Of a stretch of 64,000 nt of DNA, positions 21,377-32,139 are shown piece after piece. The notes under the pieces are model-generated. The model saw only the letters and a list, made by a program, of their open reading frames with translations, was not told the origin of the DNA and did no database searches. Source of the DNA: an uncultured Gemmatimonadaceae bacterium (GTDB lineage Bacteria > Gemmatimonadota > Gemmatimonadetes > Gemmatimonadales > Gemmatimonadaceae). Each line of letters starts with the position of its first letter. Position 1 is the first letter of the stretch. The DNA is taken from positions 96,001 to 160,000 of the forward strand of contig CAWBOC010000007.1 in assembly GCA_963790305.1 (NCBI GenBank). The letters run 5' to 3'. Made by a program: the position numbers and the translations under genes.

Positions 21377-23070
21377 TTCGGCTTCTTGAACGACGCGACG
21401 TCGGCGGGGGCGACGAGCCGGAACCAGAGAAATCCGTGCGGCGCCATGGTGAAGAAGTACGGCAGAGCGCCGACGGCGGGAAATGCTTCACAGCTCCAGA
21501 GCTCGATCGGAACCAGCCCCGAGAACTCTCGCAGGTCGAGCTCTACCGGCTGCGCATATCGGGACAGATTGTTCACGCACAGCACCACCTCGTTCTCGTA
21601 CCGGCGGAGGAAGACGAGCACCTTCTTGTTGGCCGGGTGCAGAAACTCCTGCGTGCCCCGCCCGAACGCCTTTTGCGCCTTCCGAACGCCGATGAGCCGG
21701 CGCATCCAACGGAGGAGCGACGTCGACGTCCGCTCCTGCGCCTCGACGTTGATGGTGTGGTAGCCGTACGGCGGATCGACGATGACCGGCGAGTACAGCG
21801 CCGCGCTATCGCCGTCGGAGAATCCGGCGTTCTTGTCATCGCTCCACTGCATCGGCGTGCGCACGCCGTTGCGGTCGCCGAGATAGATGTTGTCTCCCAT
21901 GCCGATCTCGTCGCCGTAGTACACGACCGGCGTCCCCGGCATCGACATGAGGAGCGCGTTCATCAGCTCCATCTGCCGGCGCCCGTTATCCATCAGCGGG
22001 GCGAGTCGGCGGCGGATACCCAGGTTGATGCGCATCCGCTTGTCGCGCGCATACTCCCGGTACATGTAGTCGCGCTCCTCGTCCGTCACCATCTCGAGCG
22101 TCAGCTCATCGTGGTTGCGAAGGAAGATCGCCCACTGACAGTTGTCCGGGATCTTCGGGGTGCGCGCCATGATCTCGACGATCGGCGTGCGATCTTCCCG
22201 CCGGACGGCCATGAACATCCGCGGCATGAGGGGGAAGTGGAACGCCATGTGGCACTCGTCCCCATCGCCGAAGTACGGCCGCACATCGGCCGGCCACTGG
22301 TTCGCCTCGGCGAGGAAAATCCGGTTGGGAAACTCGGCGTCCATCGCGGCACGAAGCTGCTTGAGCACGACGTGCGTCTCCGGAATGTTCTCGCACGACG
22401 TGCCCTCGCGCTCGATGAGGTACGGAATCGCGTCCAGCCGCAGCCCGTCGACACCCATGCGCAGCCAGAAGCGCATGACGTTGATCACCGCCTCGATGAC
22501 CTTGGGATTCTCGAAGTTCAGGTCAGGCTGATGGCTGAAGAACCGGTGCCAGTAGAACTGCTGCGCGATGCCGTCCCATGCCCAGTTCGACTTTTCGGTA
22601 TCGGTGAAGATGATCCGCGCATCCTTGTACTTGTTGGGATCATCGCTCCACACATACCACTCGCGCTCCGCCGATCCTTTCGGGGCGGCGCGCGCTCGCT
22701 GGAACCACGGGTGCTGGTCGGAGGTGTGGTTGATCACCAGCTCGGTGATGACGCGTATTCCACGATCGTGCGCTTCCTTCAGGAACGCCTTGAAGTGCTC
22801 GACCAGGCCGTACGTTTCGTGAATCTCTTCGTACGACGCGATGTCGTAGCCATCGTCCTTGAGCGGCGACGGATAGAACGGGAGGATCCAGATGGCGTTG
22901 ACGCCGAGGGTCTGTACGTAGTCGAGCTGCGACGTGAGGCCGGCAAAGTCACCATAGCCGTCGGCATTGCTGTCGAAGAACGCCTTCACGTGCACCTGAT
23001 AAATGATCGCGTCCTTGTACCAGTTCGGGTCATCGGAAAGCGGCTCCGCTGGCATCTTCTCCCGCTTCAT
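21373..23070 (-). CDS. treS: trehalose synthase / maltose alpha-D-glucosyltransferase
   Basis: [55 protein letters not shown]. Confidence 0.96.
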   Translation of the reverse strand: MKREKMPAEPLSDDPNWYKDAIIYQVHVKAFFDSNADGYGDFAGLTSQLDYVQTLGVNAIWILPFYPSPLKDDGYDIASYEEIHETYGLVEHFKAFLKEAHDRGIRVITELVINHTSDQHPWFQRARAAPKGSAEREWYVWSDDPNKYKDARIIFTDTEKSNWAWDGIAQQFYWHRFFSHQPDLNFENPKVIEAVINVMRFWLRMGVDGLRLDAIPYLIEREGTSCENIPETHVVLKQLRAAMDAEFPNRIFLAEANQWPADVRPYFGDGDECHMAFHFPLMPRMFMAVRREDRTPIVEIMARTPKIPDNCQWAIFLRNHDELTLEMVTDEERDYMYREYARDKRMRINLGIRRRLAPLMDNGRRQMELMNALLMSMPGTPVVYYGDEIGMGDNIYLGDRNGVRTPMQWSDDKNAGFSDGDSAALYSPVIVDPPYGYHTINVEAQERTSTSLLRWMRRLIGVRKAQKAFGRGTQEFLHPANKKVLVFLRRYENEVVLCVNNLSRYAQPVELDLREFSGLVPIELWSCEAFPAVGALPYFFTMAPHGFLWFRLVAPADVASFKKPK

Positions 23071-25079
23071 GCCGCTCCTCCGCGCTCCAGCCGAAGGATG
23101 TGCGCCGGCTCCTGCGACGGGTCGAGCCGCACGTAGTTGCGGGCGCCGCGCCAGCGGAACTGCGCTCCGGTCAGGAGATCCGTGACCGCGTACACGGCAT
23201 CACTGGCAATCCCGAGTGCGTCGAGTGGCATGTGCACCATCGACTCGTGCGCGCGCAGCGGATCGAGGTTCACCACCACGAAGAGATCGTTCGACTGATC
23301 GGGCATGGACTTGTGATAGAACAGGATCTGGTCGTTCTCGCTGCGGAGGAACGTGAGATTGTCGGCGCGCTGGAGCGACGGATTCTCGCGGCGGATGCGG
23401 TTGATGCGACGAATCTCCGCATCGAGGTTGCCCGGCGTGGCGAAGTCGCGTGGGCGCAGCTCGTACTTCTCGGAGTTGAGATATTCCTCGCTGCCCACGC
23501 GCACCGGCACGTTCTCGTACAGCTCGTACCCGCTATAGATGCCGTAGAGCGGTGAGAGCGTCGCGGCGAGGATGAGTCGGATGCGAAATGCCGGGCGGCC
23601 GCCATGCTGCAGATACTCGTGCAGAATATCCGGTGTGTTGGCGAACAGGTTCCCGCGGTAATACTGGAGCACGTCGGGATCGCTGAACTCGCGCATCCAC
23701 TCGCGAATCTCGTACGTGCTGTTCTTCCAGGTGAAGTACGTGTACGACTGACTGAAGCCGAGCTTCGCGAGGTAGAGCAGCTTCTTTGGACGCGTGAAGG
23801 CTTCCGAGAGGAAGACGATGTCAGGATCGGTTCGCTTGATGTCGGCAATGACCCATTCCCAGAACGCGAACGGCTTCGTGTGCGGATTATCGACGCGAAA
23901 CGTTCGAACGCCGCGCGCCATCCAGAATCGGAAGACCTCCAGACACGCGTTCCAGAGCGCCTCGCGATCATCGGTCCAGAAGTTCAGCGGATAGATGTCC
24001 TGGTACTTCTTCGGCGGATTCTCCGCGTACTGGATGCTTCCGTCAGGGCGAATCTTGAACCAGTCGGGATGCTCGCGGACCCAGGGATGGTCGGGTGATG
24101 TTTGCAGGGCGTAGTCGAGCGCGACCTCGAGACCGAGGTCGCTCGCGCGCTTCACGAATCGCTCGAAGTCGGCGAGCGTCCCGAGCTGCGGGTGAACGGC
24201 GGTGTGCCCGCCCTCTTCGCTTCCGATTGCCCATGGGCTTCCGACGTCGCCCTTGAGCGGGTTGAGCGTGTTGTTCTTCCCCTTGCGGAAGTTCGTTCCA
24301 ATCGGATGGATCGGCGGGAGGTACACGACGTCGAAGCCGAGCTGCGCGATGCGCGGCAGCTGTCGCTCGGCATCCGCGAACGTGCCGTGACGCTTGGGAT
24401 CGCCCGACTGCGAGCGCGGAAACATCTCGTACCAGGCCGCGAACGCCGCCCGGACTCGATCGACCGTGATGAGGAGCTGGCGTGAGTACTCCGTCAGGTC
24501 GTCCCGGGCCGGATGCTGCGTAACCAGCGCGAGGAGCGCTGGGTCCAGTGCCGCCCGCGCACGATCGGCGGCACCCGTGTTCGTGTCGCGCAGTGCCTGG
24601 GCGGCTTGCGTCAGCGATGCCCGCGCTCCGCGATCCTTGCACGCCCGCGCCGCACGCTCCACGATCGCGCCGCCTTCGAGGAGCTCGACCGCGACATCCT
24701 GACCGGCGGCGACCTTCTTCTCGAGCCCCGAGCGCCACGTCGCGAATACATCGGTCCAGGCCTCGACGGTGAACCGCCACTCCCCAACGCGATCGAGCAG
24801 AAACGCGCCCGCCCAGCGATCGGTGTCGGCGTCGTACGGCATCGCGACATACGCCCATTCACCCTCCGTCGGACACCGATATCGCACGCGAGCAGCGAGC
24901 TGGTCGTGTCCATCCTTGAAGATGTCCGCCGACACGACGCAGGCTTCCCCCAGTACGCGCTTGGCGGGAAAGCGTCCGGCATCGATTTCGGGGCGTACGC
25001 GCTCGATCACGATCGGCGCCAGTCCTCTCGACCCGACAGATCGCGAGGCACGGCGCGGTGTTCGTGTGGGTGCCGACAT
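23067..25079 (-). CDS. glgE: alpha-1,4-glucan:maltose-1-phosphate maltosyltransferase
   Basis: [55 protein letters not shown]. Confidence 0.96.
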   Translation of the reverse strand: MSAPTRTPRRASRSVGSRGLAPIVIERVRPEIDAGRFPAKRVLGEACVVSADIFKDGHDQLAARVRYRCPTEGEWAYVAMPYDADTDRWAGAFLLDRVGEWRFTVEAWTDVFATWRSGLEKKVAAGQDVAVELLEGGAIVERAARACKDRGARASLTQAAQALRDTNTGAADRARAALDPALLALVTQHPARDDLTEYSRQLLITVDRVRAAFAAWYEMFPRSQSGDPKRHGTFADAERQLPRIAQLGFDVVYLPPIHPIGTNFRKGKNNTLNPLKGDVGSPWAIGSEEGGHTAVHPQLGTLADFERFVKRASDLGLEVALDYALQTSPDHPWVREHPDWFKIRPDGSIQYAENPPKKYQDIYPLNFWTDDREALWNACLEVFRFWMARGVRTFRVDNPHTKPFAFWEWVIADIKRTDPDIVFLSEAFTRPKKLLYLAKLGFSQSYTYFTWKNSTYEIREWMREFSDPDVLQYYRGNLFANTPDILHEYLQHGGRPAFRIRLILAATLSPLYGIYSGYELYENVPVRVGSEEYLNSEKYELRPRDFATPGNLDAEIRRINRIRRENPSLQRADNLTFLRSENDQILFYHKSMPDQSNDLFVVVNLDPLRAHESMVHMPLDALGIASDAVYAVTDLLTGAQFRWRGARNYVRLDPSQEPAHILRLERGGAA

Positions 25080-25280
25080 GTCGTGCAGTGGTGGGAAAAT
25101 GGGGGCGGCTACGCGCGTTCAACCCGCGGGGCCGCTAAAGCAAGTTCCAGTCCGATCGCGGGAACATGCACACACTGTTCTGCGGGCGGGAGAGCGGCGC
25201 GCCGGGCCTCGCCGGGAACGGCAAGGATAACAGAATTCAGAACGCAGAATTCAGAACGCAGAATTCAGAGCTTGCATCCA

Positions 25281-25478
25281 GGCATCCAGGTTCAAGGGCA
25301 CGCGCGGAGTGCGCGGATGCAGCGGATCAGGCGGATGCTCTGCCGGCGTGATCTTTCCTCGACAGGAGAAAAAAACGGGTGCTTTGTTCCGCGTGATGAG
25401 AGTTGGCCGGCACCGGGAACGATCCGCCTGATCCGTTGCATCCGCCTAATCCGCGTCCCTCCTTGGAACCTGGATGCC
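25281..25478. repeat. inner ~57-bp inverted repeat built from GCGGAT nonamers
   Basis: Arms 25281-25336 and 25422-25478 are imperfect reverse complements. Confidence 0.8.
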
Positions 25479-25509
25479 AGTCGAGCAAGCACACCAGGTG
25501 AAACGAACC

Positions 25510-25531
25510 GGGGAGCCGTCTCCGGCTCCCC
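25510..25531. terminator. GC hairpin, possible terminator
   Basis: ggggagccg-tctc-cggctcccc. Confidence 0.5.
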
Positions 25532-25582
25532 GTACCGTGTCCCGAATTCTGTATTCTGAATTCTGTCATCTTTGCCGTTGGC

Positions 25583-26128
25583 CTACGGCTTCGACACCGC
25601 CGGCGCATCCTCGAGGCCCGCCCCCTCGGCGTTCCGGTGAAGCCGCGTTCCGCAGTAGACGTCCAGCGCGGCAACGCCGAGCACGGCCGCGGTCGCCGCG
25701 ACCACGCGACCCTTCTGAGCGTTGTCCGATCGGAGCGCCGAGCCCAGTAGCGCGAGATCCAGGGCGTCCCCCGCCACGCGACCCCACATCCAGCGTGTCG
25801 GCCTGCGCTGGGAAAGGATCCCGATGCCGCTCGCGATCTCCCGCACCCCCATCCCACGCACGACGCGACGATTCGCCTCGTCCTGCTCGAGGCCTGCCAG
25901 CCGCGCAACGCTGTGCGGCGCAACGATTTCGGCTATACCAACCCCAATGCTGAGCCAGCCGAGCGCGCGGGCGAGCCGTTCGCCCTGTCGATCGTCCCCC
26001 GGCTCCGAGGCATCTTCGGCGTGGTCGAAATTCGTCCGTCCGCGCCGCGCAGGACGCGTCTGCGCACGACGGCTGCTGCGTGCGGCAACCCTCGGGTTCG
26101 CGTCGTCGGTCGTTAGGTACGAATCCAT
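25583..26128 (-). CDS. conserved membrane protein, like the N-terminal region of SRPBCC 'cyclase/dehydrase' proteins
   Basis: LARALGWLSIG.G.AE..AP, G.REI.SG.GIL, W.RVAGD.LDL. Confidence 0.7.
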   Translation of the reverse strand: MDSYLTTDDANPRVAARSSRRAQTRPARRGRTNFDHAEDASEPGDDRQGERLARALGWLSIGVGIAEIVAPHSVARLAGLEQDEANRRVVRGMGVREIASGIGILSQRRPTRWMWGRVAGDALDLALLGSALRSDNAQKGRVVAATAAVLGVAALDVYCGTRLHRNAEGAGLEDAPAVSKP

Positions 26129-26164
26129 CTGCCACCAACTCCTCAGGAGGGAGTTGCCGGGGAA

Positions 26165-26180
26165 AGCATTGGTCGTGCCC
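26165..26180 (-). promoter_or_regulatory. putative sigma54 -24/-12 promoter
   Basis: GGGCACGACCAATGCT, GG-N10-GC, 37 nt upstream of the start. Confidence 0.5.
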
Positions 26181-26393
26181 GCGGCCTGCACGGGGGGAGG
26201 ATTCCTTCAATGTCGACGGACGCCTCAGGGAGCGGGCCATAGGTGCGGAAGGCGTAAGAAGATTGTTGCGGTGCGCATCCTCTCGCCCCTAATGTGAGAG
26301 CGACATAATACTGTATAGCTCAGCTAGATCGCCGAGGATCCTTTCCATGGGTCGCTCGCTCATGCATCAGCATCCCACCCCGCCGCACACGAT

Positions 26394-29037
26394 TTGAGTA
26401 CTGAGGCTGTCCTGGATCGGCTGCGCGCCTCGCTTGCGGGGCGCTACGAGGTACAACGCGAGCTGGGTCGCGGTGGCTTCGCGACCGTGTATCTGGCCGT
26501 CGACGTGCGCCATGGGCGCATGGTCGCGATCAAGGTGCTGCATCCCGAGCTGATGGGCACGCTCCAGTCGGAGCGATTCCTTCGCGAGATTCGCGTCGTC
26601 GCGCACCTCAACCATCCGCACATCCTGCCGATGCTGGATTCAGGCGAGGCGGATGGGCTGCTCTTCTTCGCGATGCCGTACGTCGAGGGAGAAACGCTGC
26701 GCGACTGTCTCGGCCGGGAGAAGCAGCTTTCCATTGGCGAGGCGCTCCGCATCACGGCCGAGATCGCCGACGGGCTTTCCTACGCACACTCGCGTGGTCT
26801 CGTCCACCGGGACATCAAGCCCGAGAACATCCTGCTTTCCAGCGGCCACGCCGTCGTGACCGATTTTGGTATCGGGCGCGCAATCGATCAGTCGGCCGGC
26901 GAACGTCTCACCTACACCGGCATGGCGACCGGGTCGCCGGCGTACATGAGTCCCGAGCAATGGACCTCGGACGATCGAGTCGATGGCCGCAGCGATGAGT
27001 ACAGCCTCGCGTGCATGCTGTACGAGATGCTCGTGGGCGAGCCCCCCTTCTCCGGCGCCTCGCCGAACGCGCTCATGGCCAGGCACAACATGTCGCCGGT
27101 GCCTTCGGTCCGAACCGTTCGCCCGAACGTGCCCGAGGCGGTCGATGAGGCGATCGCGCGCGCGATGGAGAAGATCCCCGCCGACCGCTACCCGACGGTC
27201 ACCGTGTTCGCCGAAGCGCTTGCCGCCGCGCCGGCACCGGTGCGTGCCACGGCCGAGGACCCCATTGCCGTTCTGTCGGACCGGCGGGCGTCGCGCAAGA
27301 GATTCCGCTTCACGCGAACGCAGTTAGGCATCGCCGCGGCGATCGTCCTCGTTGCGGTGCTCGGCTACTTCGCCTATCAACAGTTCGGAGCAGACACGAG
27401 CTACACGCGCCTCGTCGTCATTCCCTTCAGGAATCTGGGCGACGGTGACGACGCGTATCTCGTCGACGGCATCACCGGCGAGCTGACCAACAAGCTCTCT
27501 GGAATCGGAAGCCTCGGCGTCATCGCCCGCACCAGCGCGGTGCAATATCGAAACAGCGGCAAGACCGCGCGTGAGATCGGGCGCGAGCTCCAGGTACAGT
27601 ATCTGATCGAAGGCGACGTTCGGCGTGAGCTCCCGAACGGGCACGAAGGAACCATTCACGTCAACGCGCGACTGGTTCGCACTCGCGACCAGACGCAGAT
27701 CTGGACCCAGGACTACGATGTCGAAGCAGCCGACGTCACTGACGTCCAGTCCCAGATCGCTCAGCGGGTCGCGGACGAGCTTGACCTCGTGCTGCTCGGA
27801 CCAGAGCGCCAACGGCTGGCTCGTCGCGCGACTGACGACGCACAAGCGTACGACTCCTACCTGCGCGGCAACGCGTACTACGAGCGCAGCTGGTCGAGGC
27901 CGGATGTCGAAGCGGCGGTCGAGATGTATCAGAAGGCAGTCGAAATCGATCCGGACTATGCGCTCGCCTACGCGAAACTGGCGCAGGCGCATGCCTGGAT
28001 GCACCAGCTGCGCTACGACCTGAGCGAGGACCGGCTCGTCGCCGCCAAACGTGCCGCGGATCGCGCGGTCGCGCTCGATCGTGACGCCCCCGAGGTCCAC
28101 GTCGCGCTCGGGCTGTACTACTACTGGGGGCGTACCGATTACGCGCGCGCGGTCGAGGAATTCACGATCGCCAAGGACCTGCAGCCCAGCAACGCGCTCG
28201 CGTTCCGCCAGATCGGCAACGTGCAGCGTCGTCAGGGGCGCTTCGCCGAAGCAATCGAGAGCTATCGCAGGGCCGCCGATCTCGACCCGAGATCCCACCA
28301 GGCGTGGTTCAATCTCGGCGAAACGCATCTCGTTCATGCGCAATTACGAGGAGACGGCTCGATATCTCGAGCGGGTAACGGCGCTGGCCCCCGAGTTCCT
28401 CGAGGGCTATGTGCAGCGTGCCCGTCTCTCAATAAGCGCGCGCGGCGATCTCGACGGTGCCCAGCGTATTCTGAGGCAGGCGGAGGAACGGATCGCGCCC
28501 ACGGCGTGGCGCGCCCCGATGCTCGACTTTGCCCGCATCATCTATCATCCGCAGCTCGATGAGTTTCTCGCGCGCATGCGACCCGGGGCGTACGGGCTCG
28601 ACAGCGCGTCGTATCACGTCATGAAGGGCACGATGTACCTTCAGCTCCAGCGAGCACCGCAAGCGACCGCGCAATTCGACTCCGGCCGCACTCACCTGGA
28701 AATCATGCGGAAGGATCAGCCCGACCAGGCCTGGATTCATGGATTGCTCGGCATCGCGTACGCCGGGCTCAAACGCGGGGACGAGGCCATCAGGTCCGCC
28801 GAGAGAGCCGAGCAGCTGCTTCCGGTCTCGAAGGACGCCCTGGATGGACCGGAATGGGTGATCAACCTGGGTCTGATTCACGCGATGCTCGGCAACGAAG
28901 CGAAGGCGATCGAGTATTACGGGAAAGCCTTATCGATCCCCTCATGGGTCTCGAGCAACTCGCTGCGTCGCGATCCGGTCCTTGCGACGCTCAACCGCAA
29001 CCCCGACTTCCAGCGACTGCTCGCGTCCCGCCCGTGA
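26394..29037 (+). CDS. Ser/Thr protein kinase with TM, TolB-N-like and TPR domains; apparent +1 frameshift near 28331
   Basis: LGRGG, VAIK, HRDIKPEN, DFG, YMSPEQ; TM; V.PF.NL; TPRs continue in ORF ending at 29037. Confidence 0.92.
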
Positions 29038-29040
29038 CGG

Positions 29041-29925
29041 TCAGGCTCGCGCGCCTTGCGACGGGGGGCGCAGCCGGGAGCCGCGACAGCAGCCACGCCC
29101 CAGTGCCGCGAGCATCCTCGCAATGAAGTTCACCGCGGCGGGCCGCGGCCGGGTGTAGGCAACGTAGTCCGCCCACGCAAACAGCTCGAGCCCCGATCGA
29201 GCGACGCCGCCGATCTTGCGCCGTTGCAGCGCGGCACGGCGCGCACGCCATGTGTTACGAGCGCCGATCGCCCGCTTGCGTGCATCATGACTCTGTGAAT
29301 CGGGAAGGTCGCGATAGTAATACAGCACCGCGTCGACAAAAACCGGGCGCGTGATCTCCTCCAGCTTGTAGACGAGGTCGCGATCCTCGGCGTAGAGCAT
29401 CGTCGCATCCAGACCAGCGGTCCGGGCGTATGCACCGCGACGAAAGCTGCGAATCGCTCCGACGACGCCTTCGAGAATCGCAGTTCCGCCGTCGGGGATG
29501 GCGCTGCCGTGGACCGCGCCTTGTCGTACGAGGGTCTCGTCATACACCGCATACCGCGAGTAGACGAACTCGACCGATTCGTCCGTTCCGTAGGCGGCCA
29601 GCAAACGCTCGGTCGCGTCGTCGGAGATCGCGTCATCGGCATCGAGGATCGCGACAATGTCCGTGGACGCTTCGGCGATGAGCCGCTTCAATGTGGCGAT
29701 GTAGCCCACGTTGCGCGGGTTGACGACGAGCCTGATGCGCTCATCGACGAAAGGCGCGATCGCGCTCAGCGAGTCGTCCGTGCTGGCATCGTCAGCGATG
29801 ATCGCGAGCCAGTTCGGGCTCGTCTGCCGGCGGATCGACTCCAGACAGGCAGCAACGAACGGACCGCGGTTGTGGTTCGCGATCAGATACGTGATGCGCT
29901 CGGCCGCTCCGCGCGCGTTAGGCAC
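29041..29925 (-). CDS. GT2 glycosyltransferase
   Basis: DDASTD, LDADD, AEDRDL. Confidence 0.9.
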   Translation of the reverse strand: MPNARGAAERITYLIANHNRGPFVAACLESIRRQTSPNWLAIIADDASTDDSLSAIAPFVDERIRLVVNPRNVGYIATLKRLIAEASTDIVAILDADDAISDDATERLLAAYGTDESVEFVYSRYAVYDETLVRQGAVHGSAIPDGGTAILEGVVGAIRSFRRGAYARTAGLDATMLYAEDRDLVYKLEEITRPVFVDAVLYYYRDLPDSQSHDARKRAIGARNTWRARRAALQRRKIGGVARSGLELFAWADYVAYTRPRPAAVNFIARMLAALGRGCCRGSRLRPPSQGARA

Positions 29926-30946
29926 GCTCCCGCTCGTGCTCGATGACCATTGGGGCAGTGAGGAGCCGGCTCACGATCGCGCCCGCCTCCGCGATCGAGT
30001 CTGCGCGGTGCACGCCTTCGATCCCGGTCGTCCACGCGGCGATGAAGCTCGAGAGCTTTCCGTAGCTGTTGTCGAGCACCACGTGGGGCAGATCCAGTAA
30101 TAAGGAAAGGATATGCCCGTGGAGCCGATCGGTCACCACGACGTGCCCGGCGGCCAGGGTGCGCAGCCCGCGCTCCAGGCGTTCGCGCGCAAGCGGTTCG
30201 TACACGCTCCTGAGGAGCGGCCTCGCCAGTTTTCCGAGCGCGGGACGCATGACGGCGCCGGTGAGCGCGTAGCTCAGCGACCTCAGCCGCGTCGGCGGCT
30301 CATCCAGCCAGTCGACTCGCACGCCGCTCGCGACCGGGCTGGTCGCTGAAGCGGATTCCTTGTCGCTGCGCAGCAACCACACCGCGGGATGCACTGGCCG
30401 CCTCGGCCGATCGAGCGGGCCGAGCGCGAAGGCCATGTCGGGACAGAGATGCGCGGGCACGCTGAACTGGTTCGTCGCGATCTCGAGGCTCCGGCGATCG
30501 CGCACGAACAGCGTGAGGTTGTCATGTGCATTCATCGCCGCACGCGCGCGTTGCAGCGCCTGGACGTTCTCGAAGTGGATGGTCTGCGGCAGCTGGACGA
30601 TCGGATTGCGAGGAAAAGCGCGAACGATCTCCTCCCGAAGCTCCTGCGCCGTGGGCCACAGATCCCCGAAGCTCCCGCCCCCGGTGAGCAGGATCGTTCC
30701 TGTCTGCCCAATGCGCTTTGCAAGCTCCGCGCGATCGTACGTGCGGAAGTCGCAGATGAATCGCGGCCGCGGTGCCCCGAGTGCGCGAAGACACGCGAGT
30801 TGGCCCAGGTAGATCGCGCTGTCGCCGACGTTCGAGTAGTTGGGAAAGTCGATCATCGCAAATGCGTCGAGGCGTGCGATGAACGGGCGGAGTATCTCCA
30901 GCAGCTGCGTGCGCAGCGTTCGGACCGCCGCCACGCGGCTGATCAC
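29918..30946 (-). CDS. polysaccharide pyruvyl transferase family protein
   Basis: NVGDSAI, GGGSFGDLW, LPQTI, CPDMAF, TDRLHGHIL, DNSYGK. Confidence 0.9.
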   Translation of the reverse strand: MISRVAAVRTLRTQLLEILRPFIARLDAFAMIDFPNYSNVGDSAIYLGQLACLRALGAPRPRFICDFRTYDRAELAKRIGQTGTILLTGGGSFGDLWPTAQELREEIVRAFPRNPIVQLPQTIHFENVQALQRARAAMNAHDNLTLFVRDRRSLEIATNQFSVPAHLCPDMAFALGPLDRPRRPVHPAVWLLRSDKESASATSPVASGVRVDWLDEPPTRLRSLSYALTGAVMRPALGKLARPLLRSVYEPLARERLERGLRTLAAGHVVVTDRLHGHILSLLLDLPHVVLDNSYGKLSSFIAAWTTGIEGVHRADSIAEAGAIVSRLLTAPMVIEHERERA

Positions 30947-32139
30947 GAGGGCAGAACGCGCATACGCGGGGATGCGAAGACCATCCCCGAGGCCGACCCC
31001 TCCGGGCCCACGCCGATGAGCGTCGAAGGCCCCCTGGCGATCTCGCGCAAATCGCGCAGATCCCACGCGGCCGCCTGCGCTCGGTAGCTGCCCGGCCCGA
31101 CATTCATCTGGAGCTCGATCTCGAGCTCGAACGGTCCCGCGTCGGGGAGCTGCACCCCACACCCGGCGGAGTGCGCGACGAAGAGGAGCTCCTCACGCGG
31201 TAACATGCGCACGCGAACGCCAACCGTCGGTCTCGCCCCGTTCGGAGCTCCGAGCACCTCGCCGCGTACGTGAAGGCGCACGCGATCTCCCGGACTCACC
31301 TGCGAGGGAAATGGTCCCGCAATCTCGCTCAGGCGAATCGGTGAATCGGCATGCTCGCTCGGCGGCGTGGCCTCCGACACATACCGGGCCACACATTCCG
31401 CGGCCGTGCCGGAGCACACGACCGTGCCATGGCTGAGCAGTACGGCCCGGTCGCATAGCTGCATGACCTGGTTGAGCTGGTGCGACACGACCACCGCCGG
31501 CACGCCGCGCCTGACGAGCTCCTCGATCCTGCCGAACGCGCGCTGCTGGAACGCGAGGTCACCGACCGCCAGCACTTCGTCGATGAGCAGGATGTCCGGC
31601 TCGAGGTGCGCGGCGATGGAGAATCCAAGGCGGGCGACCATGCCAGTCGAATAGTGCTTGACCGGCGAGTCGATGAATTCCGCGAGCTCCGCGAACGCGA
31701 CGATCTCGTCGAACTTTCTCGTCACCTCCGCGCGTCGCATCCCGAGCAGCGCCCCCTGAAGGTAGATGTTGTCGCGCCCGGACAGCTCGTAGTGAAAGCC
31801 CGCCGAGAGCTCGATCAGTGCACCGATGCGTCCGCGACCTTGTCGCGGGGCGCGGACGATCACACGGCCGCCATCGGCGCGGAGTATTCCCGTGATCAGC
31901 TTCAGCGCCGTCGACTTTCCCGATCCGTTTGGCCCGATGATCCCGAGGGCATGGCCAGCATCGACGGAGAACGACACGTCGCGTAGCGCCCAGAATTCCT
32001 CGCGGCGATTCGGCGCCCTGCGCACGACCCTCCGGAGCGCGGCGGGAATGACCTCGCTCAACGACGAATGGCGCCTCCCGCGAAGGAACCGCTTCGAGAC
32101 GCCCTCGAAGGCAACGAGCGCGCTCGCGGTCGAGGTCAT
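30943..32139 (-). CDS. wzt: polysaccharide ABC transporter ATP-binding protein with C-terminal domain
   Basis: FWALRDVSF, GPNGSGKST, YSTGM.ARLGF, IDEVLAVGD. Confidence 0.92.
   Translation of the reverse strand: MTSTASALVAFEGVSKRFLRGRRHSSLSEVIPAALRRVVRRAPNRREEFWALRDVSFSVDAGHALGIIGPNGSGKSTALKLITGILRADGGRVIVRAPRQGRGRIGALIELSAGFHYELSGRDNIYLQGALLGMRRAEVTRKFDEIVAFAELAEFIDSPVKHYSTGMVARLGFSIAAHLEPDILLIDEVLAVGDLAFQQRAFGRIEELVRRGVPAVVVSHQLNQVMQLCDRAVLLSHGTVVCSGTAAECVARYVSEATPPSEHADSPIRLSEIAGPFPSQVSPGDRVRLHVRGEVLGAPNGARPTVGVRVRMLPREELLFVAHSAGCGVQLPDAGPFELEIELQMNVGPGSYRAQAAAWDLRDLREIARGPSTLIGVGPEGSASGMVFASPRMRVLPS

Larger units (their letters stand above)
25217..25579. mobile_element. composite REPIN/MITE-like element with ~36-bp terminal inverted repeats
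   Basis: Left aacggcaaggataacagaattcagaacgcagaattc vs right (revcomp) aacggcaaagatgacagaattcagaatacagaattc. Confidence 0.7.

Noticed and set aside
21259..23136. Long antisense ORFs (e.g. 625 aa here, also 14522-15928 and 3895-5277)
   Set aside because: Shadow ORFs opposite well-conserved genes, expected in high-GC DNA
25117..25148. ECF-sigma promoter (GGAAC...GTT) upstream of glgE
   Set aside because: Spacer is about 20 nt, too long for the consensus
25217..25579. CRISPR array
   Set aside because: Units are 7-9 bp, tandem and inverted, with no unique spacers or cas genes
26304..26325. LexA/SOS box upstream of the kinase
   Set aside because: Does not fit CTGT-N8-ACAG; more likely just an AT-rich promoter region
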